From Piromyces finnis finn (lineage: Eukaryota; Fungi; Neocallimastigomycota), in contig MCFH01000006.1 of NCBI GenBank assembly GCA_002104945.1, forward strand, positions 62,001 through 126,000: DNA of 64,000 bases, written 5' to 3'. The translations under genes and the position numbers were made by a program. Under the pieces are notes generated by a model. The model was not told where the DNA came from and did no database searches. It worked only from the letters and a program-made list of their open reading frames with translations. Shown here piece by piece: positions 1 to 10,988 of the stretch. Position 1 is the stretch's first letter, and each line of letters opens with the position of its first letter.

Positions 1-702
1 TTCAGTAAAAGAAACTTTTCTCTTGTATGGTTGAAAATTATTATAACTTTTGGTTATTGCAGTAGTCGTTGGTAGATTACCATCATTATCTATTCTAGTA
101 GATAACCTATCTACCTTCTCAGCTATCTTAAAGGCCTTTTCTAGAGTGATATCATCTTTTAAAGATACTTTTCTCCATGCTTCTTTATTATTTTGTAAAG
201 AATCTGCATAATCTAACACACTAATCTGCTTCTTCTTTTTCTTATCCAACTTTAAATATAAAGATCTATATCTTCTATTGAAATCTTTAACTGATTCATT
301 TCTTCTTATACGTAGTCTTCTTAGTTCCCGTAATAACATACTTTGATCTTCTTTTAACCCATAAAATGTTTCAAGGGCATTGATAATTTTCCCAAGTGAG
401 GGATAATCTTCTTCATTAGATTCATTTTTCTGATTCTCTTCTTCATTTTCACTTTCATATTCATCTTCACTATCACTGTCTTTATCTTCCAACTCTTGGA
501 TTACCTTTCTTGGTTCACCCTTAGAAGTAAGCACACATGCCATGTAAATTTTCTTGGCACTAGTGATATCTTGAAGTTCAATCCATAAACTTATTTCAGA
601 AGCCCAGGATCTTATGTCCAAATTATCTTTGGAAAGTTTTTCTATATCCTTGAGTTCCTTCTTCAACTCCTTGAAATCTATCCTTGTAGTAGAATTGCTC
701 AT
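1..702 (-). CDS. Retrotransposon Gag-like protein (partial, 234 codons, no stop inside the window)
   Basis: Manual translation: MSNSTTRIDFKELKKELKDIEKLSKDNLDIRSWASEISLWIELQ...LLRELRRLRIRRNESVKDFNRRYRSLYLKL...ITLEKAFKIAEKVD. The ESVKDFNRRYRSL and TLEKAFKIAE segments resemble Retrotrans_gag capsid motifs. Absent from the ORF track because there is no stop codon. Confidence 0.8.
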   Translation of the reverse strand, partial: MSNSTTRIDFKELKKELKDIEKLSKDNLDIRSWASEISLWIELQDITSAKKIYMACVLTSKGEPRKVIQELEDKDSDSEDEYESENEEENQKNESNEEDYPSLGKIINALETFYGLKEDQSMLLRELRRLRIRRNESVKDFNRRYRSLYLKLDKKKKKQISVLDYADSLQNNKEAWRKVSLKDDITLEKAFKIAEKVDRLSTRIDNDGNLPTTTAITKSYNNFQPYKRKVSFTE

Positions 703-797
703 TTTCTTGTATTTTCCTTGACCGAATTTATTGCAGTACAAGATGACACAGTATAGACTCAAAAATACCTTTGATAGTCTAAAAAAAAATTATAAGT

Positions 798-862
798 TCG
801 AAATTCCTTTATCGACCACTTATTAGTTGTAACCAAGCTCGAAATTCCTTTATCGACCACTT
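798..862. repeat. Two identical 24-bp direct repeats (TCGAAATTCCTTTATCGACCACTT), period 41 bp, in the retrotransposon leader
   Basis: Copies at 798-821 and 839-862, read directly. Confidence 0.95.
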
Positions 863-1332
863 GACAGAATGAGATACAAATAATCTAGCACAGCACGTAC
901 TACCAATTATTTATTTAAATTTTTAGTATCACTCCTTACTATCTTAGTTCAGTCAGAAAAGATGAAATTATTACTTTTGTTTTCTGTTTTTCTTATAGTT
1001 AATTATTATTTGTTTTCAATTTACTAGCAAGAATTTTAATTTAATATTGTTATTACTGATTCAAGTTACCGACCAAATTATATATAATAGACTATTAACT
1101 AAGAGTCTTTCGTCCAATGGTAAATGTTGCCGTCACCTTATTCACACGATCTAAGTTCCGTCACGTGCTTCAGGATCTTTCTACCACCCCTAGTATACCT
1201 CTGTTGATTAGTTAATAAGGCTTGTCTATGCTGATATAACTTGTTTAACTTAAAACAGTAAGAAAAGAATATTTCAATTAGCAATATTAAATTACTCGAA
1301 GAGAATCAACAAAAAGAATAGATATATATATC

Positions 1333-1375
<43 letters not shown>

Positions 1376-2232
1376 AATTATTATTTAAAAACTTATTTCT
1401 TTTTATAAAAATATAGGCCAACCTATATAATGTTAAACCATCAAGTATTATAGGTTGTGTAATTCTAAGTGAAAATCCCTCGTAGCTCTTTGATGATAAG
1501 CCACAAATATACCCGATGGTTAATATTAAATATAATTTAATAAAAGGAAGTAACGTAATTAATTTCTTTATTATCACTAACTTAATTAGCGGAAAGAAAA
1601 TAATTGATTATCTTCCCCAATTATCAGATATAATTGAACACCAAAGTATTACGTACAGCAGTTTAACTTGCCACGCTAAGGGTCACTTTCGAATTATTTA
1701 TTTATATTTTAAAAAGAATAATTTTTAAAAATCGTTCAATTAAAAAAAAAAAAATATTTTTTTTTTTTTTTTTTAAAAAAATTATAAATACTAAAATAAT
1801 ATTTAATTTATTAAAAATTTGAATTACAATAATAAGTATAGTAGAACAGCATTTCACAGCAATTTTCCAATACTTATTTAGGGTGCTTAAGTAGTTCACA
1901 ATTGCCCAGCTTACCGTATTACCAGTGTCATGTAGCAATTATGCGAGGCACTTCTATTTCTCTAGCAAAATAGAAAGGTTCAGCGCTTTCCAGTATCCTA
2001 CTGTGAAAGATAAACTAGACCTAAAAACTTAACCACTAATTCCTAAATAAGTACTGCTTCTAAAGCGTACTAATTCAGTTCTACTAAAATATTATACCTT
2101 AAAGCTTCAACAGTAATATAAATATTACCTATAACTTTGAAGGGTAATAAATTTTTAAGAAATTTATATAATATTTTAGTAATATTTTAATATTACTTTA
2201 TCCTATGTATTAATAATTTTTATTAATATTAT

Positions 2233-2250
2233 TCCCCGATATCTCCACCA
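2233..2250 (-). promoter_or_regulatory. Primer-binding site complementary to a tRNA 3' end (tRNA-Ala type)
   Basis: Minus strand TGGTGGAGATATCGGGGA. The plus strand TCCCCGATATCTCCACCA maps onto tRNA positions 59-76 including CCA, and ATCTCC-A is typical of eukaryotic tRNA-Ala. Confidence 0.85.
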
Positions 2251-2257
2251 ATTTTTA

Positions 2258-2964
2258 TGTTACGGTTCGAGGAATTTACTTTTATTTATAAAATATTAAT
2301 AAATTTATTAATACTCAAAAATAATATTAAAATGAAATAAGAAAAATTGTTTTATTAATAAAATTGTTTTATTAAGATATTAATATAAAATTATAAAAAT
2401 AAAATAAAAATAAAAATAAAAATATCTGTATATTCTCTAATTCTTATAATATACACCTTTTTATACTTTTTGTAAAAAATTAAGTAGTGTTAATTAAAAG
2501 AATTAGTCTTTAATTATTTACATTAATTTTAGTATTTAAATTACTTTTAAATGAATAATAAAATTACATTACTATTATAATAAATATTTATACATATTAT
2601 TAAATTGATTAACATACATTAAAAGTTTACTTTAAATATATTTAACTAAAGAATTTTACTATTTTACAGAAATATTATTCATAATTTTAATTAATAAAAA
2701 TTCATTAACTTGATAAATTAAACTAAAAGTTCAATAAACTATAATTTTCAATATATTATTATTACTAAATTAATTTTTAAGTTTAATAAAATAAAATTTA
2801 AGTTCAATAAAAATAATTATTAATAATTTTAAATATAATTTAAGTGTATACATTAATTTACAAATAAGAATATTGTAAAGTTTTCATATATTTAGGAACA
2901 ATAATGGATTAGGTCATAATCATTAATTATGACAAGAATAACATTATTTGTTGGTTCCTTAACA
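2258..2964 (-). repeat. 5' LTR (~707 bp)
   Basis: TG...CA termini with a 7/8 inverted repeat (TGTTAAGG versus TGTTACGG). The inner end lies next to the PBS. The partner LTR is outside the window, so the outer boundary is inferred; an alternative TAACA ends at 2943. Confidence 0.65.
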
Positions 2965-2979
2965 TTGAAGTTATTAACT

Positions 2980-3060
2980 GGCTAAGTGGCGGAGAGGTTA
3001 ACGCGTCAGGTTTAGGCCCTGGTCACACATGTGGCGTGGGTTCGAATCCCACCTTAGTCA
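2980..3060 (+). tRNA. tRNA-Leu, anticodon UAG
   Basis: Acceptor stem GGCTAAG/CTTAGTC plus discriminator A; D arm GCGGAGAGGTTAACGC; anticodon stem TCAGG/CCTGG with loop TT-TAG-GC; long variable arm CAC-ACAT-GTG; T arm GTGGG-TTCGAAT-CCCAC. Confidence 0.97.
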
Positions 3061-3065
3061 AGTTA

Positions 3066-3079
3066 TTTTTACATTTTTT
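3066..3079 (+). terminator. Pol III terminator T-runs
   Basis: T5 (3066-3070) and T6 (3074-3079) directly after the tRNA. Confidence 0.7.
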
Positions 3080-3919
3080 CAAAATATTGAAAAATTTTAA
3101 TTTTTATGATTAAATATTATTATTATAATATTTTATATAACACCAACACTTTATAAATAAATATTTGTATAATATGTATATATATTATTTTATATTTATT
3201 TATTATTATTTATTTATTAATATTTGTTATTAATATTTATTATTATTTAATACAAGTTATTTAATAATGTCTTTTCTTATATTATGAAAAGAACTACATT
3301 TTAATAATAGTAAAAAATATATATTTATATAATATTAAATAAAATTATACTTTTCATATAATTAATTTAATTAATACATAAAAATTTAAATAATATATAA
3401 TTATATAATTAATTAATAGTAAATAAAATATAAAATTATTTCATTATAATTTTAACATTAATATTCAACAATAAAAAAAAAAAAAAAAATAAAAAAAAAA
3501 AAATAAAAAAATAAATAATAAAAAAAAGAAATTGAATACATTTCACTTTTTTTTTTTTTTTTTTTTTTTTTTTTCAATATTTATTTATTTTATTATTATT
3601 GTTATAATATTATTACTATTTTATTTATAGGTGTTAAATATAAAAATTAAAGCAGGTTTACAATATTGTAAAGCAAAAAAAAAAAAAAAAGATAAAAATT
3701 TATAAAATAAGATTGTGTAGTGGTGAGAAAAAAGAAAAATATTAAACAAAAAAACTATAAATATTTGATTATACTTTTATATTTCTTATATGCATACAAA
3801 AAAGAAATGCATAAAGTAATATTTTGGTTTAGTTTTCTTTTAAGAATAATTTAATGTATATTTATACCAAAACTTTGTAAATTTCTTGTTAACTTATATT
3901 CTATCTATCTATATTTATG

Positions 3920-3956
<37 letters not shown>

Positions 3957-4058
3957 TATTAAATTAGTGTTTGATATAATAATAATATCATCATATTATT
4001 ATCATTTATTATTATTATTAGGTATTTCTTTTCTTTAGTTTAATTCAAAACAACTAAT

Positions 4059-5474
4059 TTATTTTGAATTTTTTTCAATAGGTAAATTTAGAGCATCATT
4101 AAATGAAATAATATCTGTATAACCTGTATTATTTTCATTTTCATCCATGGAATAGAATGTTGTATTACCTGTTTCTATGGTTGATGTAGATGCTCTTCTT
4201 TGTTTTACTCTCACGGTATTACATAAATGTTTATAGGATACTTTAATGACATTTTTAAATTTTTTCTTTTGTTTTTTATGTATGGATTGTGGACGATTAT
4301 CTAAATAGAATTGATAATATTCTTCACTTGAAGTGCAATTACTATCATCAAATAGATTATTACTTGTATTATTATTTGAATAATATTCTGGGCTATTTGA
4401 ATACGCAGATAAATCCGGTATTTCATTTATGACATATAATGAATTCCAATTATTTTCCGATTTTTCTGTTGAAATGGTCTGTGACACATTTGCTGTAAGT
4501 TCAGATAAAAAAGAACTATTATCTTCTTTTAATATGATATCAGAATCACTGTAATTAGTCTTGAAATTTTTTAATGAAGCAGCCTTTTCTAAAGGAGAGG
4601 ATATCGTTGATATGGGTGTAGAACGTGGTGATTTATTTAAATTTGGTATTATTGAATCATTGTTTTCTTTATATTGTAGTTGATTATTTAGCAATTCAAT
4701 AATAATTTCTTCAGGTATATTTTCAACATCATAATTTGAATTGTATTTTAAGTTGTATTCAATAGTTTGTATATTATAATCGGTAATAGATAATGATTTT
4801 TTATTTTGATTTATTGGATGGTTCAGTATTGAATTATTGTAATACATGCCATTATTGGTATTATTATTGAAATCATTTTGCGGACTATCAACTGCTTTAT
4901 AATAATTATTATTTGAAGATGATAAATTTATTTTTTTATTTAAATCTATAACTTTATCGTAAGATGAATTATTATCAATTTTCTGTATAATTGTTTTATT
5001 TTTATAAATATCATTTGGTAGTATATCTGACATTTTATTTACATTTTTATTTTTATTTATATATTCCTTTAATAAATTAGTAATATTTAAATTTAAATAA
5101 TCCATATCTTTTATTTCATATTGGACATATCTTTTCCATACTGCGGCATCTTTTTCTTTTATTTGTTCTGATTGTACTGAAATATTACTATTACTAAAGC
5201 TACTAGAGAAAGAATCGTTATTAGAAAGTGAAGTTACTAACCATTTTTCTTTTTCTTTAATATTATTAATATTTTTTGGTTTTGGAATAAAATTATCTTT
5301 AGAATTCTCTATATAACTTGATTCTATATCTAAATTATTATCCATTTTTTTATAAGCATTTCTATCAAACTTATACTCTAGCTCAGATGCTGAAAAGCTA
5401 TGTTTATGCTTCCAACTTGGACCACGTAAGGCAGATTTTCCCCATTTCAACATACTAATAGATAAATTTTTCAT
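4059..5474 (-). CDS. Hypothetical Asn/Ser-rich protein, 471 aa, apparently single exon
   Basis: Long uninterrupted ORF in a very stop-rich genome; no recognisable domain. Confidence 0.75.
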   Translation of the reverse strand: MKNLSISMLKWGKSALRGPSWKHKHSFSASELEYKFDRNAYKKMDNNLDIESSYIENSKDNFIPKPKNINNIKEKEKWLVTSLSNNDSFSSSFSNSNISVQSEQIKEKDAAVWKRYVQYEIKDMDYLNLNITNLLKEYINKNKNVNKMSDILPNDIYKNKTIIQKIDNNSSYDKVIDLNKKINLSSSNNNYYKAVDSPQNDFNNNTNNGMYYNNSILNHPINQNKKSLSITDYNIQTIEYNLKYNSNYDVENIPEEIIIELLNNQLQYKENNDSIIPNLNKSPRSTPISTISSPLEKAASLKNFKTNYSDSDIILKEDNSSFLSELTANVSQTISTEKSENNWNSLYVINEIPDLSAYSNSPEYYSNNNTSNNLFDDSNCTSSEEYYQFYLDNRPQSIHKKQKKKFKNVIKVSYKHLCNTVRVKQRRASTSTIETGNTTFYSMDENENNTGYTDIISFNDALNLPIEKNSK

Positions 5475-5738
5475 TTTTATTATTTTTATAAATCAAAATA
5501 AAAATATTAATATTTTTTTTTTCTATATTATAAGTACTCAAAATATATTTATTGTATATTTATTATTATTTATATATATTACTAAATGTTATATCAAATA
5601 TTGTAATTGATATTATTTTAAATCAATAATAATATCATTTAAATTTTAAATGCATTAGTTTATTATATATATTTTACTAAATTGACTTTTCCTTTTTTTT
5701 CCTTTTTTTTCCTTTTTTTTTTTTTTTTTTCAAAATTC

Positions 5739-5797
<59 letters not shown>
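5739..5797. repeat. (TTA)n microsatellite
   Basis: Direct reading. Confidence 0.95.
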
Positions 5798-5798
<1 letters not shown>

Positions 5799-8700
5799 TA
5801 ATTTTCTTTCTTTGTATTATATTTTCTTTATATTATAAAGTGAATATAAAGAAAAAATATTATTTATTCAATTAACATATATCTTTTAATATACATAATT
5901 TTATATTGATTTTTTTTTTTTTTTTTTTAAATATTTATTTATTTGCTATAAGTATTTGAAGACTTTGTGCTTTTAGTTATTTCAATTTCAAAATGATTTA
6001 TGTTATTGGTATATTTTATAAATAAAAATAAAATTAAAAATTATATAATAAAAATTATTTGAGATTATTTACATAAAAAAAAAAAAAAAAAAAGAAAAAA
6101 GGAATCTGGTATATATTAGATAGAATAGAATAGTTTCCCCCTTATTTTACTGATTTCAGTTAGTATTAAATGTTTTATTTTTATTTTATCTTGTATTTAT
6201 CGAAAAGTTGATTGAATAGCTAACTATATTGAAAAGTGGGAATCAATTTATCTTTTTTTGTTATAAAAAAAAGATAAATATATTATGAATAATTATAATA
6301 GTTGTTTAAAGTTAACAATATAAATGTATTCTATGTTACTTTCAGTGAACAAAAAATAAAAGAAATTTCAGTATTGAATAATATGAAAAATCGAAGTAAA
6401 TTTTTTTTTTTTGAAAAATAGTTCTATTTATATAATTTATATAAATAATAATAAAAAAGGTTTATAAAATATAATAAATATTATATCTAATTATAATGAA
6501 TAATAATAATTATTTGTTTTTTGTTTTTATTATTAGAAAACAAAGAATACAAATAAAATTTGGTTATTTATAGCAACCTTTTTTTTTATTTTAATAAAAA
6601 CAACTGAAAGAAAGACCTATTAAAAATAATAACAAAAAATTTTTTTTAAATAATAATAATTAATAATAATTATTCATGAATATTAATCATTAAATATTTA
6701 ATAATAATTAAATAATAATTAATTAATATATAAAAAAAGGTTCAAGAAAAAAAAAAAGAAAAAAGTATTCTTTATTATTAAATAAAATTAATCTAAAATT
6801 TAATATTAAATAAACTTTTTAAAAAATTCAACCAATAATCTATCGATTTATTATATTTCGTTATACACAAAATCTATTAAATAATTTATTTTATTAAATT
6901 TTATTATTTGTCAAAATTTAAACAACCGTTTATTATTAATTAAAATTTTTAATATAATGTATTGGTGAAATAATTAATTTTATATATTAATTAATATATA
7001 AAATTATATTTTAAGATTTTAATTTATTTTAAAAACCATTTAAAACTTCATTTTAATATATCACTTAAGATATTATATTCTAATTAATATATTGAAATAA
7101 AATAATATATAATAAACAAATAAATAATATATTATATAATATAACAATAGTTATATTACAATATATTACTAATTTATTACATAATAAATAAAGAAATTGT
7201 TAAAAAAAAAGTGTTCTATACTACCTAAAATGATGGATTAAAATTTTTTATATACCATAATACATGGTTCAAGATTAAATAAAAAGAAATAGTAAAAAGT
7301 ATTGAGTTTTCTATTTTAGAAAGAAAGGATAAGAAAGGATAGTTTATTTATTGGTTAAATGACTATAAAACTTCATAGAATTTAATAAATTATTATTAAT
7401 TTAAAGAAATAAAAAAAAGAAATAAAAGACTGTCATTTTTAATTAATTAATTAGAATAATATTTTTTTTATTTTATTTAATTAAAAATTCAAACCATTTA
7501 TTTAATAAATGGTATATTCTATATCCTTTACTACTGAATGCATGATACAATTCGTATTAAAACATTCATAATAGAAAATATGCTAATAATACTTTTTCTA
7601 TATTGATTATTACTGATATTCTAAAAAATGATATTTTTTTTGTTCAATTAGTTTTATCAAGCATTAAATATAGAGATATTACTCCATTGCATTATTATTA
7701 CAATGTTAATTTCAATAGTTATAAAAATAATCTCTAAACACTATAATAATAATAATAATGGTTATGATAGTCGTTACTATTATACTACTATTTTAATATT
7801 AATGAGGATAATAATGAAAATATAAAGTAAACGTATTCTTTTTCATATTTATATTCCTATGCCTTCTCAAATATTTCTATTTGATATATGTAATTCTTTT
7901 TAAAGCATTAAAACTAGAGATATAGGACTTTTAAAAAGTAAACTTTTATAAGTAGCCAAAATATTTGAAATATATAAACTATATATATTAATATATTGTA
8001 TTATAAATTAAATTTATTAAAACTAATATAATTTAAATAAATATAATTATTATATTTTTATAGTATTGTAACACATAATATATCTGAAGTTTGGATTTGT
8101 TTTTTAATTTAAATTTCTTGTAATACCAATTATATCGAATTTTATTGGCTATTCTAACCTATAGTCATATATTAAAATATTAGTTTATGTTTTTTTTATA
8201 ATAAATTAAATTCATATTCAGATAGTAATATAATATTATTACTAAATTCAGAAATAATTATTACAAATATTTTACATTAATATTATTTGATTTATTAATT
8301 TATTATGTAGGTAGGTACATTACATGATTATTATTGTAATATAAATAAAATCACTTTGAAGAAAAAGGATTGTTATAGGTAGTAAAAAAATAAAAGTTCT
8401 TTCTTTAAAAGTATATTTTTTTATTAATTAAAGACAAAAGTTAAAATTCTTTTAATATTCCTATTTTTTATTAATCAACAAATTATAAATCATGTGCTAG
8501 ACTTTATTTTTATGCATGATTTGTGACTAGTGATAATAATACCAAAGCTAATGATATAATGATCAACTTTAAAAAGCTTAAACTACGAAATAATTAACTC
8601 AATAAATTATTTTTAATTGTTCATTTTATGGGAATAATTTTTAGTCGTAGCATAAATTCATACCAAGAATTTTTAATGAATTTATTAATTTTATTAATTT

Positions 8701-10215
8701 TTAGTTTTTCTTTAAATTCTATATTAATTCTTATGCATAGCACTCGTGAATAAATTAATTAGTAGTTGAATAATTGTTTAATACTATATTAATCGAACTT
8801 TATTGCTATTAGCATAAAAATATTTAAGTCTTTCTTTTTTTACATTTTTATATAATTTTTAAAATATGACCTTTACTCATGTAAAAAAAAAAAGATATCA
8901 GAATAATACATAATAATATCAATAACAATAATAACAATTTTTTTTTATGTTTTAGGTTCTTTAAAAAAAACAATATGTTTTTATCTAAATCTATACTATA
9001 TAAATATCTATATTAAATAATATATAATGTATATATTATAATATATTATTATATATTGTATCTTATATTCGTCTTATATTAGTATTTAAAAGAATAGTAA
9101 AACGAGTTTCAGTGGTACAATATTAGATATATAACAATATATAACGTTATAATATTATATTATAATTCAATATATAACAATATAAATTAAAATGATTTAA
9201 AATTATACCTAAATTTAGAAGATTCCTGTAAAAATTAAAAATTAATAAGTATAATCAGATATTATCCATTTTAATATATAATAAAGTTTATAATTTATAT
9301 TAAAATTTTAATATATCCAAAAATGGTATTTATCATTTATTAAGAATTTATTCAATTTTATTGGAGGAATTTTGAATAGAGGTTGAATAAACATCTTGTA
9401 TAAGAATCACTTCCTTATATTCTACTTATGTCGAATGAATATTATCTAATGTAAAGAAATAATTTTATATAATTATAAAAAGAATACAATTGAAATTTAA
9501 CAATATGTGTTATTATTTTATTGTGATGATTCTTATATATAATATTTTTAATAAAATAATGATTCATACATTTAAATTGAAAGAAAGTAGCTTTTACTTT
9601 TTAATTTTTCTTTTACCACTTTTTTTAAAAAATATTTAATCCTAATAATAACAATAACAGTAAAAAAAAGTTAACTATAATTATAGAAAACTTTAAAAGA
9701 AATAATTATTAATGGGTGTAATCATTATTAATTTTTAAGAATAATGACACAAAATATATGGTATCAACTATTTTATTTAGTAATATTTTATTATACTATG
9801 AAATTGTTCTGTGTCTTGCTTTATTATTATTATTTTTCAAATAATATAATAAAAAAATATGTAATACTGATTTCTATTCAAGTTTTAATATAAAAATAGA
9901 TAATAAAAAACATAAATATAATAAATAATAACATATCATTTAATATCAGTTAATATATTTAATATAATAATTTGATATTTCACATAATAAAAATAATATT
10001 TAAAATAATATATTTAAATAGAAAATCTAATAAACAATAATAGAATAATAGTAATATGTAAATAATAGCAAAAACTGCGACAATAGTAAACATTTTTTTT
10101 TTCAAAAAAAAAAAAAAGAAAAATAGAAGTCTGTTTTAGATTACTGAATGAAAGGCTATTTTAATCAATTTAGGGTTAAATGTTTTTTTTTTTTTTTTTT
10201 TTAAAAAGTATAATG

Positions 10216-10415
<200 letters not shown>

Positions 10416-10988
10416 TTTTCTTAATATATTAATTGTGAAACGTTTCGTTTTGAAAATTTATTAAAATTTTAGGCAAAAGAAAAAAACTTTAAAATTCTTT
10501 TTTAAATCTTTTTGTAAAATTTCACCATAGCTTAACGTTGGGGGGTTTTTTTTTTTTTTTTATCTTTTGAAAATTATTCTATATATTAAATGAAATATAT
10601 AAAAGACTATAGTTTTCCAACAGGTATATAAAAAATATTAAAATATTATGTTATTGATGAATTAATACCTTTTTAATTCTTAAATTTTAATTATATTAAA
10701 ATATTAAAATGCTAGATGAACCAATAATATATTGATATAGATATATATTATTGAACAAACAAATAAAAAAAAAAAAAAATAAAATAGTATGGAATGAATA
10801 AAAAAAGTAAATTTAAAATATAAATTTATTTATAATATTTATTTATAATAATTATGTGGTTAACTATTTTATTTTAAAATGGATAAGTGAAACTGTGTAT
10901 TTCTTTATTACCTATCCTAACATTATTGAAGATTATTAAAATGATCATAATATAAATAATAATAATAATAATAAAAAAGAAGGTCAAA

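Larger units (their letters stand above)
1..2964 (-). mobile_element. LTR retrotransposon, 5' portion (probably Ty3/Gypsy-like), truncated by the window edge
   Basis: Order on the minus strand: LTR (TGTTAAGG...CCGTAACA), 7-nt spacer, 18-nt PBS, long leader, Gag-like ORF open to position 1. Pol is not in the window, so the superfamily is inferred from Gag only. Confidence 0.85.

Noticed and set aside
1100-1180. Possible hammerhead ribozyme on the minus strand (CTGAAGC ... GACGAAAG)
   Set aside because: The core is not CUGANGA, the spacing is too long and no stems could be built.
1374-1938. Short ORFs (67, 70 and 78 aa) in the retrotransposon leader as an extra ORF or env
   Set aside because: Low-complexity, homopolymer-derived translations with no domain signal.
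2939-2943. Alternative LTR end at TAACA (2943)
   Set aside because: Only a 5-bp inverted match, versus 7/8 for the end at 2964; cannot be fully excluded without the 3' LTR.
7560-7960. Possible decayed ankyrin-repeat remnant (KYLRRHRNIN-like fragment, two similar AGCATTAAA..TAGAGATA segments)
   Set aside because: Too degenerate to separate from chance in AT-rich DNA.
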